From Armatimonadota bacterium (lineage in GTDB: Bacteria; Armatimonadota; Hebobacteria; CAIYQO01), in assembly GCA_038248345.1 (NCBI GenBank), contig JBBRXO010000022.1, forward strand, positions 1 through 29,191: a DNA stretch of 29,191 bases. The letters run 5' to 3'. The translations under genes were made by a program, and so were the position numbers. Below, piece by piece: positions 8,869 through 18,557 of this stretch. The notes below the pieces were generated by a model. That model made no database searches. It saw only the letters and a list, made by a program, of their open reading frames with translations, and was not told the origin of the DNA. Every line of letters starts with the position of its first letter. Within the stretch, counting starts at the first letter, position 1.

Positions 8869-11300
8869 GTTACCACTGACCCTTTCTTCGCTGGATTATT
8901 CTCCGCCAGTTTCGCATCGGCTACAGCGAGGGCAACTACTGTGTCAACGGCGAGAGAGCTAATTTTAGCTTTCGCAGGTTCAATGATACGTTTGGTGTAG
9001 GTAGCGGGAAGGTCTTCACCGTCCTCCGGAGGTAACTCTACCGATTGTAGTAGCTCCACCACCGAATCGATAGTAGTCGCAGCGTCGATCTCCTGCAATA
9101 TCAGCCGTTCTAGTTGCTCGCCTGTTGCTCGGCGCATAGCGTCACGTAGCTTATCGTCCGGGCTTTCTATATAGAAGCGATTGATTGGCTCGGTTCCGCT
9201 GGCGCGGATGGTGAGGAAGGATTCCTGCCGTTGTTTATCACGATAGACAATCTCCACCAGTTCATCACGTACACCACCGCAATAGACCGGGATTAGATCA
9301 CACATATGTTGATCTGCTTCTGGCCCCATATCGTTGGCCATTTCTTCATAGCGATCGAGGTAGCTATTCACTAGCGCAGTTTTGGCGGCATTGGGTGCCT
9401 CCACATCACGGCGAACATTATAAAGGTGCCCATATTTGTTTGTTAATTCTGCCCAAATATCCTGTAACAATTCTCCACGCACGGCCAACATCTGTAATGT
9501 GAGTAAGGCACCCCACAGTCCGTCTTTATCCGGTGTATGCCCACGCGAGGTGAAGCCATTGCTTTCCTCACCAGCCAGCATCAGTTTATTCAAACAATTA
9601 TGAAAGAGCGTCTGAATTTTTGCCGGATCTCGTTCGCCAGCCTTCATTTCACTTTCCAACTCACCCATAATGGTCTCGGCGATATATTTGAATCCTACTG
9701 GCACCACAATGCTGAAGAAACCGCTCATACGAGTCGATTCACCCAGCATTAGCTTATAGTTACTCGCCGTCGCATGGCGTACTATCGCATTTATGTCTGT
9801 CGGTGAGATGACCCGATCTTTATTTGCTTCGGCGATGCGATCAAGCATGCGTGTAGTACACATATTCCTAATGATCATCCCCGGCTTGCCGGTATAGGCG
9901 GCTGTGAGTAAATACTCTGCGAGCATTGGTAACACTTTATTGGTATTTACGGAATTTCCAAGTTCGTCTACTACACCAAAGCGATCTGAGTCGGTATCAA
10001 ATCCTAGCCCGATGATACGCGGGTAGTCTCCAGAAAGTTCACGCACCTTTCTCTGACAGCCAGCAATATGCGGGGGCTCGGGATTGGCGTACATCAGATC
10101 ACCCAAAAGCGGGTCTTTCTCGCCATGTATTACTGTGTAACGAATATCGAGCTTCTCACAAGCGCGACGCAAGTAGCCACGCGAGGCGGAATGCATCTCA
10201 TCAATGACAATCATCGCATTGGAGGCACCCCAGAATTTGCGCATGAGCGCCAGCGTATTGGCTTGGCTACCGTTCGGGAGGGTTATCGTCTGGTCTAGAT
10301 GCTTCAGCGCCAGGTCAATGTAAGCTTCCAGCGTATCAAAGTAACACAGTTTTCCTCTGTGTTGCGCCACCGGTACCACTACATCCTCCAATAACAACTC
10401 CATCGCCCGCCGACCGATAGCATCTGTTGTCGAACTAGGAGCAACCGCACCGTGCGGCATATTGTAGCGGATTCCGTGATATTCGGTGCCCAGGTAGGTA
10501 CGACGCGCCGGGTCTTTTACCGGATTATGCGATGGTGTGCAGTTGATCAAGCCAGCATTATTCGCTACTCCCAGCGTCTCGGTGATGTGAAAGATCAATG
10601 CAGGAGATGGAGTATCGCGTGACGCCATTTGTACATTGATGCCATTGGCTAGCGCAACTTCAGCAGCAACCCCTGCTACTTTGTCGCCATTGATCCGACT
10701 ATCGTAACCAATAGTGAGCGGCATATTTGCTAGCCCGTTGCTTTTAATGTAATCCATAATAGCTTGTGCTACCGCCGTAGCACGCGCCCAGGTGAAGTCT
10801 ACCCCCATACGTGCACGCCAACCGGAGGTGCCGAAACGCGGATACTGCATATCTGCAATCTGCTGTAACAGCCAGCGTTGTCCGCTGAAGGATGGCTGGG
10901 AGGCGAGGGTACGTAAACGTGTGGTGACCTCTATCGTTACCTGCATACGCGCATCGCGGGTGCGATTAACAGAGTTTGCGATCGCTGGATAGATCTCGCG
11001 TACAAACAGTGGCTGCAATTCTATGAATTCACGTCGCTTGAGCAATGCCACCAAGGAAGTCGCCACCGCGTTGCGTAGCTGTGCCCATACACCTGCACCG
11101 TCACACTCTACCAGCATCAATTGCAACTCGCCCCAGAGAAGCGCTAGCTGACGGTCATCAAGCTCAGCGCGAGCGATATTGGGTACCTGTTCCATAATAC
11201 GGCGGTCAATATTTGCCGCCGGTTCACCTTTGTGGGTTAACGATAATGCCACCAGCGACTGCCGATAATTGCGCATGGACAGCAATAATGGATCATACAT
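8865..11300 (-). CDS. Alpha-D-phosphohexomutase (PGM/PMM) family protein with long N- and C-terminal extensions
   Basis: FGTSGWR, GYDSR, TPSHNP (phosphoserine loop), DTDSDR (metal loop), VGFKY, GEESNG, RASGTEP; 811 aa. Confidence 0.88.
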   Translation of the reverse strand: MYDPLLLSMRNYRQSLVALSLTHKGEPAANIDRRIMEQVPNIARAELDDRQLALLWGELQLMLVECDGAGVWAQLRNAVATSLVALLKRREFIELQPLFVREIYPAIANSVNRTRDARMQVTIEVTTRLRTLASQPSFSGQRWLLQQIADMQYPRFGTSGWRARMGVDFTWARATAVAQAIMDYIKSNGLANMPLTIGYDSRINGDKVAGVAAEVALANGINVQMASRDTPSPALIFHITETLGVANNAGLINCTPSHNPVKDPARRTYLGTEYHGIRYNMPHGAVAPSSTTDAIGRRAMELLLEDVVVPVAQHRGKLCYFDTLEAYIDLALKHLDQTITLPNGSQANTLALMRKFWGASNAMIVIDEMHSASRGYLRRACEKLDIRYTVIHGEKDPLLGDLMYANPEPPHIAGCQRKVRELSGDYPRIIGLGFDTDSDRFGVVDELGNSVNTNKVLPMLAEYLLTAAYTGKPGMIIRNMCTTRMLDRIAEANKDRVISPTDINAIVRHATASNYKLMLGESTRMSGFFSIVVPVGFKYIAETIMGELESEMKAGERDPAKIQTLFHNCLNKLMLAGEESNGFTSRGHTPDKDGLWGALLTLQMLAVRGELLQDIWAELTNKYGHLYNVRRDVEAPNAAKTALVNSYLDRYEEMANDMGPEADQHMCDLIPVYCGGVRDELVEIVYRDKQRQESFLTIRASGTEPINRFYIESPDDKLRDAMRRATGEQLERLILQEIDAATTIDSVVELLQSVELPPEDGEDLPATYTKRIIEPAKAKISSLAVDTVVALAVADAKLAENNPAKKGSVVT

Positions 11301-11358
11301 CTAGTTTATCTCCACTTGTCTAGCCAAAGACTCATCTAATCAGATTTCAAACAGTCTG

Positions 11359-11387
11359 ATTATAGGGAAAGGAGGCGCGGGCGTCAA
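11359..11387 (-). promoter_or_regulatory. sigma70-type promoter for the phosphohexomutase
   Basis: TTGACG-17 nt-TATAAT. Confidence 0.75.
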
Positions 11388-11511
11388 CGAAAAAGGAGCG
11401 CCATCTTTCATCTTCTTCATGATTGCCATAAATAATTTTGACTTTCTGCACATCTGGCAGGGATTACCTGGTTAATGTTGAAAAACAGAGAGGCGCATTG
11501 GATAAATAGGG

Positions 11512-12924
11512 ATGGAAAGAAGCTTAATGACACAGACGAGAATATTAAACGTTAAAAAGAGCGGTTATTCTGCGGCACAGATGCGGCAGGGGATGCTCTA
11601 CGCACTGATTGCGTGGTCATTTGGCGCGCCATTTATTGCTATTACCTCGGGGGGCGCACTCACCGCTTTTCTGCAGAATTACCTCAAAACGGATGACTTC
11701 AGTTACGGCCTTATAATGGCAGCGGGAAGCGCCGCCGCCGGTTTCCTCTATATCGGCTCTTATCTGGTGGAGCATACTGGTAGAGTTAAACGGAACTTCC
11801 TCATCTTTGTCTCTTTACATCGCCTGCTCTGGCTGGGTGTGGCGGCCGTGCCCTTTCTCGCGCCTAGCACCCCTCATATATTCAAGATATGGATCGTGGG
11901 ACTATGCGTGTTCTTCTCTGCCCTCTCCGCCAATATTGGTGGCGCTGGCTGGGTTACCTGGATGTCAGATATCGTCCCTAAATCGATAGCTGGTAAATAT
12001 TTTGGGGTCAGGAGCCGCATTGGCCTTATCGCTATGATCATCACCAGCTCAGTGATGGCATTCCTGCTCGATTACTTTAAAGGTCAGGGGTGGATGTATG
12101 GAATAGCCTTTGGGAGTGCAGCGCTACTGGGTTTGATTGATATTCTGTTATTTATTCCTGTAGCCGAGCATAAGGTTGAACATAATACCGATATGCCGCG
12201 TGCTACTCTATGGGAGATAATCAGTATCCCCTGGCTTGATCATAAATTTCGCTCCTTAAGTCTATATACCATCGTAGTGTGGGTCTCCTACGTGATGATG
12301 GGCAGTTTCGCCTGGCGTTTTTGTTTCGACTCTACAGATTCGCATGGATTGCAGATGAATATCCTAACGGCAACTTTTGTGATGTCTATCCTGCCCATGA
12401 TCCCGATGGCATGGGTAGCGCCTTTCTGGGGGCAGGCCATTGATCGCTTCGGGCCCAAACCGGTGTTGGCGCTCAGTTCACTTAGCCAGATAGTATTACC
12501 GATCGGGTGGATTATTATGCGCCCGGACACTGTCTGGCTCTTGCCAATTATGGCAATCCTTGGCGGCCTATGCTGGCCCGGTAATGATCAGTCGCTCTTC
12601 TACATCCAGCTTAAAGAGTTTCCCGCCGCTAAAAGAACAGCATACAATGCTTCTTTTTCGGTCGTATTAACGATGGCAGGCTTAATCGGTAATCCGCTGG
12701 GAGGATATTTGTCCTCTTTGAGTCAGCAATACTTCAGCTATTTAAATGCTTCTGGCATTTTCTATTCTCACTACCAACCAGTATTTGTCTTTTGTGTCGT
12801 ATTACGCTTGTTGGCCTTCCTCTTCGTTTTGCCAAAGTTGCCCATAGCAGGAGTCGCACGACATCGTGAAGTGGCTCATTCGTTGGCTAAGGACGCATCA
12901 TCATCATTCTCATTTAAGAAATAG
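11512..12924 (+). CDS. MFS transporter
   Basis: About 12 hydrophobic segments; MFS loop motif WGQAIDRFGPKPVL; WMSDIVP..GKYFG.R. Start could be 11527. Confidence 0.85.
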   Translation: MERSLMTQTRILNVKKSGYSAAQMRQGMLYALIAWSFGAPFIAITSGGALTAFLQNYLKTDDFSYGLIMAAGSAAAGFLYIGSYLVEHTGRVKRNFLIFVSLHRLLWLGVAAVPFLAPSTPHIFKIWIVGLCVFFSALSANIGGAGWVTWMSDIVPKSIAGKYFGVRSRIGLIAMIITSSVMAFLLDYFKGQGWMYGIAFGSAALLGLIDILLFIPVAEHKVEHNTDMPRATLWEIISIPWLDHKFRSLSLYTIVVWVSYVMMGSFAWRFCFDSTDSHGLQMNILTATFVMSILPMIPMAWVAPFWGQAIDRFGPKPVLALSSLSQIVLPIGWIIMRPDTVWLLPIMAILGGLCWPGNDQSLFYIQLKEFPAAKRTAYNASFSVVLTMAGLIGNPLGGYLSSLSQQYFSYLNASGIFYSHYQPVFVFCVVLRLLAFLFVLPKLPIAGVARHREVAHSLAKDASSSFSFKK

Positions 12925-13106
12925 GTTCAACAGAGCGCAGATTACTCTTTTCGGATTCCTCTGTATAAGTTTTTTTTTATTTTTATTGTTAGAAGAAGGA
13001 ATTACATCCGCTTCTGTAGAAAAAGAAAATCAGGCGTGCATTGAGGCTAACATTCAATACTCTCAATGAAGTCTAAATAAATTTATCCCAACGAGGAGGT
13101 ATTACA

Positions 13107-13256
13107 ATGGCTACAGGTTATTGCGTGAAGTGCCGTTCCAAAGTGGAGATCAAGGATCCGCAGGAAATTACCATGAAAAACGGTAAGCCGGCAACAAAGG
13201 GGTCCTGTCCAGACTGCAGCACTACGGTAATGTGCATTGGCAAGAGTAAGGCCTAA
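13107..13256 (+). CDS. 49-aa basic zinc-ribbon microprotein (DUF5679-like)
   Basis: Not in ORF track. GAGGAGGT SD; MATGYCVKCRSKVEIKDPQEITMKNGKPATKGSCPDCSTTVMCIGKSKA; two CxxC pairs; followed by a terminator-like hairpin. Confidence 0.88.
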   Translation: MATGYCVKCRSKVEIKDPQEITMKNGKPATKGSCPDCSTTVMCIGKSKA

Positions 13257-13278
13257 TTTTACTCTTCCTGAAATGTTG

Positions 13279-13308
13279 CAGAGGTGGCCTGTAAGGTCAC
13301 CTCTGTTT
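13279..13308 (+). terminator. Hairpin/terminator after the microprotein gene
   Basis: CAGAGGTGGCC-TGTAA-GGTCACCTCTG followed by TTT. Confidence 0.6.
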
Positions 13309-13322
13309 CGTACTGCGAGAAA

Positions 13323-14156
13323 ATGCCAGAATTACCTGAAGTAGAAACAATACGTCGCCAAATAGCGCCGGATGTAACCGGGAGAACCATTACCTCTGTA
13401 TTCGTCACTCGTGACCGTGCTGTGCGTGCCCATCCAACCCCTAATGACTTCATCACTCAGCTTGGCGGACGAAAGATCATAACAGTAAATCGACGCGGTA
13501 AAGCTCTTCTTTTTCCACTGGATACGGATACATCATTGCTGGTACGCCTGGGGATGAGTGGTCAACTGGTATTGGTAGATGCTGATGCCCCTTTGAAAAT
13601 ACACACTCATGTGCGGCTGGAGTTAGATTCTGGAAGATCACTCCGCTTCATTGATCCACGTACCTTTGGGCAAATAGCTGTGGTCGCCGGACACGATCCT
13701 GCACAGATGCCGGAATTTGCCCATTATGGCCCGGAACCCCTCGTTGACAGTTTCACAATTGAATCATTAATAGGAATATTAGCAGGACGTAAACAACAGA
13801 TTCAAATAGTACTTATGAATCAGGAATTGATTGTAGGGATTGGGAAGATCTACGCGGATGAAGCGTGTTTCCTTGCACATATTCACCCCGAGCGCGCGGC
13901 AGCATCACTCACAGCAGGTGAAGTGTCATCATTATATACCGCCATCCGCGATGTACTTACCCGTGCCATTGAATTACGCGGCACCAGCATCAAGGATGCT
14001 GCCTATCGAGATGCGCGTGGGACTTTGGGGGGATTTCAGCAGCAGTTGAACGTCTACCAGCGTGACGGAAAAGAATGCCATACTTGCGGCACTATCATCG
14101 AGCACCGGCCTATTCAAGGGCGAAGGATGCACTTCTGCCCGAAGTGCCAGCGCTGA
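13323..14156 (+). CDS. mutM: Formamidopyrimidine-DNA glycosylase (Fpg)
   Basis: True N-terminus MPELPEVET (ATG 13323), RRGK, LGMSG, DPRTFG, GIGKIYADE, C-terminal zinc finger CHTC...CPKCQ. Confidence 0.96.
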   Translation: MPELPEVETIRRQIAPDVTGRTITSVFVTRDRAVRAHPTPNDFITQLGGRKIITVNRRGKALLFPLDTDTSLLVRLGMSGQLVLVDADAPLKIHTHVRLELDSGRSLRFIDPRTFGQIAVVAGHDPAQMPEFAHYGPEPLVDSFTIESLIGILAGRKQQIQIVLMNQELIVGIGKIYADEACFLAHIHPERAAASLTAGEVSSLYTAIRDVLTRAIELRGTSIKDAAYRDARGTLGGFQQQLNVYQRDGKECHTCGTIIEHRPIQGRRMHFCPKCQR

Positions 14157-15959
14157 CTAGTCTTCAAGCCGTAGCACGCTCATGAATGCTTCCTGCGGAA
14201 CCTCCACACTGCCAATGTTCTTCATGCGTTTTTTACCGGCTTTTTGCTTTTCTAGCAACTTGCGCTTGCGGGTGATGTCTCCGCCGTAGCATTTGGCGAT
14301 AACATCTTTACGGAAGGGGCGTACCGACTCCGAAGCAATGATCTTCCCACCGATGGCCGCCTGAATGCGGACTTCCATCTGTTGGCGGTGGATAACTTCC
14401 TTCAGTTTGCGTGCCATGGTAGCGCCACGGCGGAAGGAATGTTCACGTGGGGTGATAAAAGAAAGGGCGTCCACCGGCTCTCCGTTGACCAGCATCTGAA
14501 CCTTCACCAGTTGTCCTACAATATAACCGGAGAACTCATAATCAAAGGAGGCATAACCTCGCGTACGAGATTTAAGTTGATCAAAGAAGTCGATAAGAAT
14601 TTCACTTAATGGTAATTCGTAAGTGAGGATGACCCGTTGCATACCAGCGTATTCAATGAGTTTATAGATACCACGCCGCTCCTGCGCCAGCTCCATACAG
14701 GTGCCGGTGAACTCACTGGGAGCAATGATTTTGGCTACCACAAAGGGTTCTTCTACGGTGCGTATTCTATCTGCAGTGGGCATATCAGCTGGGTTATCTA
14801 CCATTATCTCTTCTCCAGAAGTAGTTGTGATGCGATAAACCACACTGGGAGAAGTGGCCACCAATTCCAGGTTATACTCACGTTCCAGCCGCTCCTGCAC
14901 GATTTCCATGTGCAGTAGACCCAGGAAGCCAGCACGAAAGCCAAAACCCAAAGCTGATGAAGTTTCTGGCTCGAAAGTAAGGGCGGCGTCGTTCAGTTGC
15001 AGTTTATCCAATGCCTCGCGCAACATGCCATAATCGTTGCTGCTGGTAGGATACAATCCACAGAAGACCATCGGTTTAACCGGACGGAATCCTGTCAGCG
15101 GCTCTGTGGCCGGGCGCGCAGCATCGGTTATTGTATCTCCAACCGGTGCATCACCCAGGCTCTTGATACCGGCAGTCACATAGCCTACTTCACCAGCGGC
15201 CAGTTCTGTTGAGGGGCTTAATCCGAGGCAGAAACGACCGACTTCCTGCACCTCGAAAGTGCGGCCGGTAGACATGATCTGCATCTTCGTCCCAGCGCGT
15301 AGTACGCCGTTGCGAATACGTACATAGGCGATGATACCGCGATACTGATCGAAGTGCGAATCAAATATCATCGCTTGCAACGGCGCGGTAACTTCACCTT
15401 CCGGTGCAGGTATTCGATTTACGATAGCTTCCAATATCTCTTCGCATCCCAGTCCTAACTTGGCGGAGCCGACAATGGCATCATCACCGGGGATAGCCAA
15501 TGCATCTTCCAGCTCCTTGCGCACGCGCTCCGGGTCAGCGGCGGGGAGGTCAATTTTATTGATGAAGGGGATAAGGGTCAGCCCCTGGCCGTTAGCAAGG
15601 ATACAATTCGCCACCGTCTGTGCTTCAACTCCCTGCACAGCATCCACCACTAGTACTGCGCCTTCGCAAGCCGCGAGGCTACGCGATACTTCGTAATGGA
15701 AGTCGACATGTCCGGGAGTGTCGATGAGGTTAAGCTCATAGTCCTGTCCGTCCTGGGCGTGATAGGTCATTGCCACGGCACTAGCCTTGATGGTGATGCC
15801 GCGTTCACGTTCCAGATCCATCGAGTCGAGGATCTGATCCGACTTGGTGCGGTCGGTCACCATCCCGGTAAACTCAAGCAAGCGATCTGCCAGCGTGGAT
15901 TTACCGTGATCGATGTGGGCGATGATGGAGAAATTTCTGATTAATTTTTGATTTATCAT
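14157..15959 (-). CDS. lepA: Translation elongation factor 4
   Basis: [66 protein letters not shown]. Start set to ATG 15959. Confidence 0.98.
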   Translation of the reverse strand: MINQKLIRNFSIIAHIDHGKSTLADRLLEFTGMVTDRTKSDQILDSMDLERERGITIKASAVAMTYHAQDGQDYELNLIDTPGHVDFHYEVSRSLAACEGAVLVVDAVQGVEAQTVANCILANGQGLTLIPFINKIDLPAADPERVRKELEDALAIPGDDAIVGSAKLGLGCEEILEAIVNRIPAPEGEVTAPLQAMIFDSHFDQYRGIIAYVRIRNGVLRAGTKMQIMSTGRTFEVQEVGRFCLGLSPSTELAAGEVGYVTAGIKSLGDAPVGDTITDAARPATEPLTGFRPVKPMVFCGLYPTSSNDYGMLREALDKLQLNDAALTFEPETSSALGFGFRAGFLGLLHMEIVQERLEREYNLELVATSPSVVYRITTTSGEEIMVDNPADMPTADRIRTVEEPFVVAKIIAPSEFTGTCMELAQERRGIYKLIEYAGMQRVILTYELPLSEILIDFFDQLKSRTRGYASFDYEFSGYIVGQLVKVQMLVNGEPVDALSFITPREHSFRRGATMARKLKEVIHRQQMEVRIQAAIGGKIIASESVRPFRKDVIAKCYGGDITRKRKLLEKQKAGKKRMKNIGSVEVPQEAFMSVLRLED

Positions 15960-16011
15960 AAGTGTAAACAGGCGAAATGGCCGCCTCCACCACTGGATAG
16001 CCGCCACCAAT

Positions 16012-16041
16012 ATTATACCGGTTTACCCCGGATTGTGTCCA
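16012..16041 (-). promoter_or_regulatory. sigma70-type promoter for lepA
   Basis: TGGACA-18 nt-TATAAT. Confidence 0.55.
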
Positions 16042-16110
16042 GTATACGACATTTAAAGCAGGAAGGCGTATTGACCTTGTAGAATGAGTACAGTAAATGG
16101 AGAACTATTG

Positions 16111-17577
16111 ATGATTATGCGCCTATTTCTGTTTATTTTCGTTTTCGCTATATTGGCATCCTACACGAATGCACAAAGTAGCACTGCTGCCGTCCAGCCT
16201 GATTTAAACAGCTGGTTGATCGCAGATGAGATAAATGCTACGCAAAAGGGGGCACTTACTGAATTCACGGCCACCGGTAACGTGCGCATCATTCTTCCCG
16301 ACATCACTCTTAATGCGACAAGTTTCCATGGAGTTTATGACAGCGATAAAAAAGAAGTGGTAGAAGGAAAAATGGATAACATCGAAGGTAGCTATACCAT
16401 CAATAATTCAACAATGTACCAGACTACGATCACATATCATCTAAAGGCACGCACAATCGTAATAGCAAAAGAGAGCAATACGCGCATGGAGGATGCATCA
16501 ATAACAACCTGTCGTGAGTTGCATCCTCATTATCACCTGAATATGCGTAGTGGTGAAATATCCCCGGATGGATTGTTACTGGCAAAGCGGGTGAGCTTCT
16601 ATCTCGGTAATACTCGCTTGCTGACTATCCCTAGTATCAAACAGAATATGACCGGTAGTAACGGTAACAGCTCATTCCCGTCGGTGATTCTTAAGTATAA
16701 CCCTGAGGATGGGGTTAATATTCAGGGTAAAATCCGCTTACCTGTTATTGATGATAGCACTACGCTGCAATTGTTCAGTCAAATTGGAACGACAGGCATA
16801 TTCCGCGGGGAAGCAGAGCTAGCGCATAAGTTCGCCCTCCCGCATACCACCAGTGCCGTCCATGTTTCATTAACGGTAAGCAAAAACAAAGAGATCAGCG
16901 CGAATAACCTAGAATTGAATGACATCACCAATACTACGCTCAGTCACTTAACGTTAAACAAATATCCAGCATTAAATGTCAGTCTTGATTCATTACCACT
17001 GGGTAGCTCACTCCCAGGCACAACACTCCGACTTGGTGGCTCTGTGGGCAACTATCGCGAAGAGCCTTCACACGTATCGGGCTCCCGTTCGCAGGCATGG
17101 GGGGTTATCGGTTCGCGCTCATATAAGATCGGTGAAGTGCATACGCACGCAGATGTAGGATATCAACTGGCGGCATACAGCGGTGGTCACCACCACTCGG
17201 TGCTGGCAACGCAGATAACTTTTGAAACAAACCCGCTCGGACCGCAGGGATACGGTAATGTCACCTACATTCAGCGCATCGAAGCGGGGAGTACACCCTA
17301 TCAATTTGATCGTGTACTTGTTGCGCGAGAGCTATATTCAGAAATCGAGTTACCTGTCAGCAAAGACCGCCGCTATAAACTTGCAGTCTGGGATAGATAC
17401 GACCTGGACAAAGAACGACTTCGTAGCGTTAATCTCACTGCGACCTATAACGAGGATTGCATCAGCTACGGGCTGACCTATGATTTTGCCTCTAGTAATT
17501 TCGGAGTTGGTTTTAATTTCAACTTCCTTGACACCTTCCGCAAGGGCGGCCCGGGCAGGTTGAAGTTTGTACAGTAA
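16111..17577 (+). CDS. LptD-like outer-membrane protein (LPS-assembly family, divergent and short)
   Basis: Signal peptide, ATGNVRI beta-jellyroll-like start, ITTC...PHYHL motif, amphipathic beta-strand C-terminal region with a DC pair (YNEDCISYGLTY). Start set to ATG 16111 after GGAG. Confidence 0.6.
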   Translation: MIMRLFLFIFVFAILASYTNAQSSTAAVQPDLNSWLIADEINATQKGALTEFTATGNVRIILPDITLNATSFHGVYDSDKKEVVEGKMDNIEGSYTINNSTMYQTTITYHLKARTIVIAKESNTRMEDASITTCRELHPHYHLNMRSGEISPDGLLLAKRVSFYLGNTRLLTIPSIKQNMTGSNGNSSFPSVILKYNPEDGVNIQGKIRLPVIDDSTTLQLFSQIGTTGIFRGEAELAHKFALPHTTSAVHVSLTVSKNKEISANNLELNDITNTTLSHLTLNKYPALNVSLDSLPLGSSLPGTTLRLGGSVGNYREEPSHVSGSRSQAWGVIGSRSYKIGEVHTHADVGYQLAAYSGGHHHSVLATQITFETNPLGPQGYGNVTYIQRIEAGSTPYQFDRVLVARELYSEIELPVSKDRRYKLAVWDRYDLDKERLRSVNLTATYNEDCISYGLTYDFASSNFGVGFNFNFLDTFRKGGPGRLKFVQ

Positions 17578-17588
17578 AAGTGCCCACT

Positions 17589-18458
17589 TCAATGCAGTGT
17601 GATACACGTTATCTCCGGGCGTGAGCCAATCCGCATCGGCAGACCAGTCAAGCCGACGCCACGATTGACGTATAATTGCATTTTGCCGATTTGGAACAGG
17701 CCATCCCTATATGTCAGATCGACGAACCTGTGCCGGATTAAACCAGTTCCAGGAAACTGGATCTGCCCTCCGTGGGTATGTCCGGAAAGCTGCAATGCTA
17801 CGGGGTAAGCCGCCATCTGCGCGGCAAAGTCAGGTTTATGCACTAATGCGATTACACAATCGTTTTTCTTCACCTTCCACAGTGCCTGTTCTGGATTAAC
17901 GAAGGTACGCCAGACATCATCAATGCCGATTAAGCATAGCCGTTGTGAATCCTTCTCGATAAACGTCGCTTCATTGCATAATATTGTTATACCGGCCCGG
18001 GTAAAATGGCTATTCAACTCCACCCTATCCGCTCGATCATGATTGCCCCAGATTGCGTAGATTCCTTTACGGGGCTTAATCTCCTGCAGAATTGCTGTCA
18101 ATGACTTGAGAATATCCGGTTGCGATACAGTATCTGTATCGTACTTGTCGGATAAAAAATCCCCCGTCAGTACTACGATATCGGGCTGCAATTGATTTAC
18201 TTCCTGAACGACCTTGCGTAAGCGCGAGTCAGAGAATAAGGAACCGAAATGAATATCGCTGAGTTGCACGATGCGAAAACCCTTAAATGCAGGGGGCAGG
18301 TTCTTTAGTGTGACATCTACCTGCTTTACCTCATTCCATGATGGTTCGACGAATATCCCATAAGAAGTAAACAGGATAATTATCCCAAGTAGCGTGAGCC
18401 ACCCCCACCTTCTCCACCGCTTATTTCTTCCTTGTTTGTTCTGGCTCGCCTCAATCAT
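17589..18458 (-). CDS. Membrane-anchored calcineurin-like metallophosphoesterase (YkuE/YaeI family)
   Basis: SDIH, TGDF, GNHD, HKPD, SGHTHGGQ, NRGVG, RPEI; N-terminal TM helix. Start uncertain (18458 preferred). Confidence 0.9.
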   Translation of the reverse strand: MIEASQNKQGRNKRWRRWGWLTLLGIIILFTSYGIFVEPSWNEVKQVDVTLKNLPPAFKGFRIVQLSDIHFGSLFSDSRLRKVVQEVNQLQPDIVVLTGDFLSDKYDTDTVSQPDILKSLTAILQEIKPRKGIYAIWGNHDRADRVELNSHFTRAGITILCNEATFIEKDSQRLCLIGIDDVWRTFVNPEQALWKVKKNDCVIALVHKPDFAAQMAAYPVALQLSGHTHGGQIQFPGTGLIRHRFVDLTYRDGLFQIGKMQLYVNRGVGLTGLPMRIGSRPEITCITLH

Positions 18459-18557
18459 ATGCAATAGTATAGCAAGCAGTGAAGATGTTGACGATAAGCA
18501 CACAACATTTTGCCTGTTTGTGGGTCAAAATATGTAAACTATTGCGGAGGGGGATTT

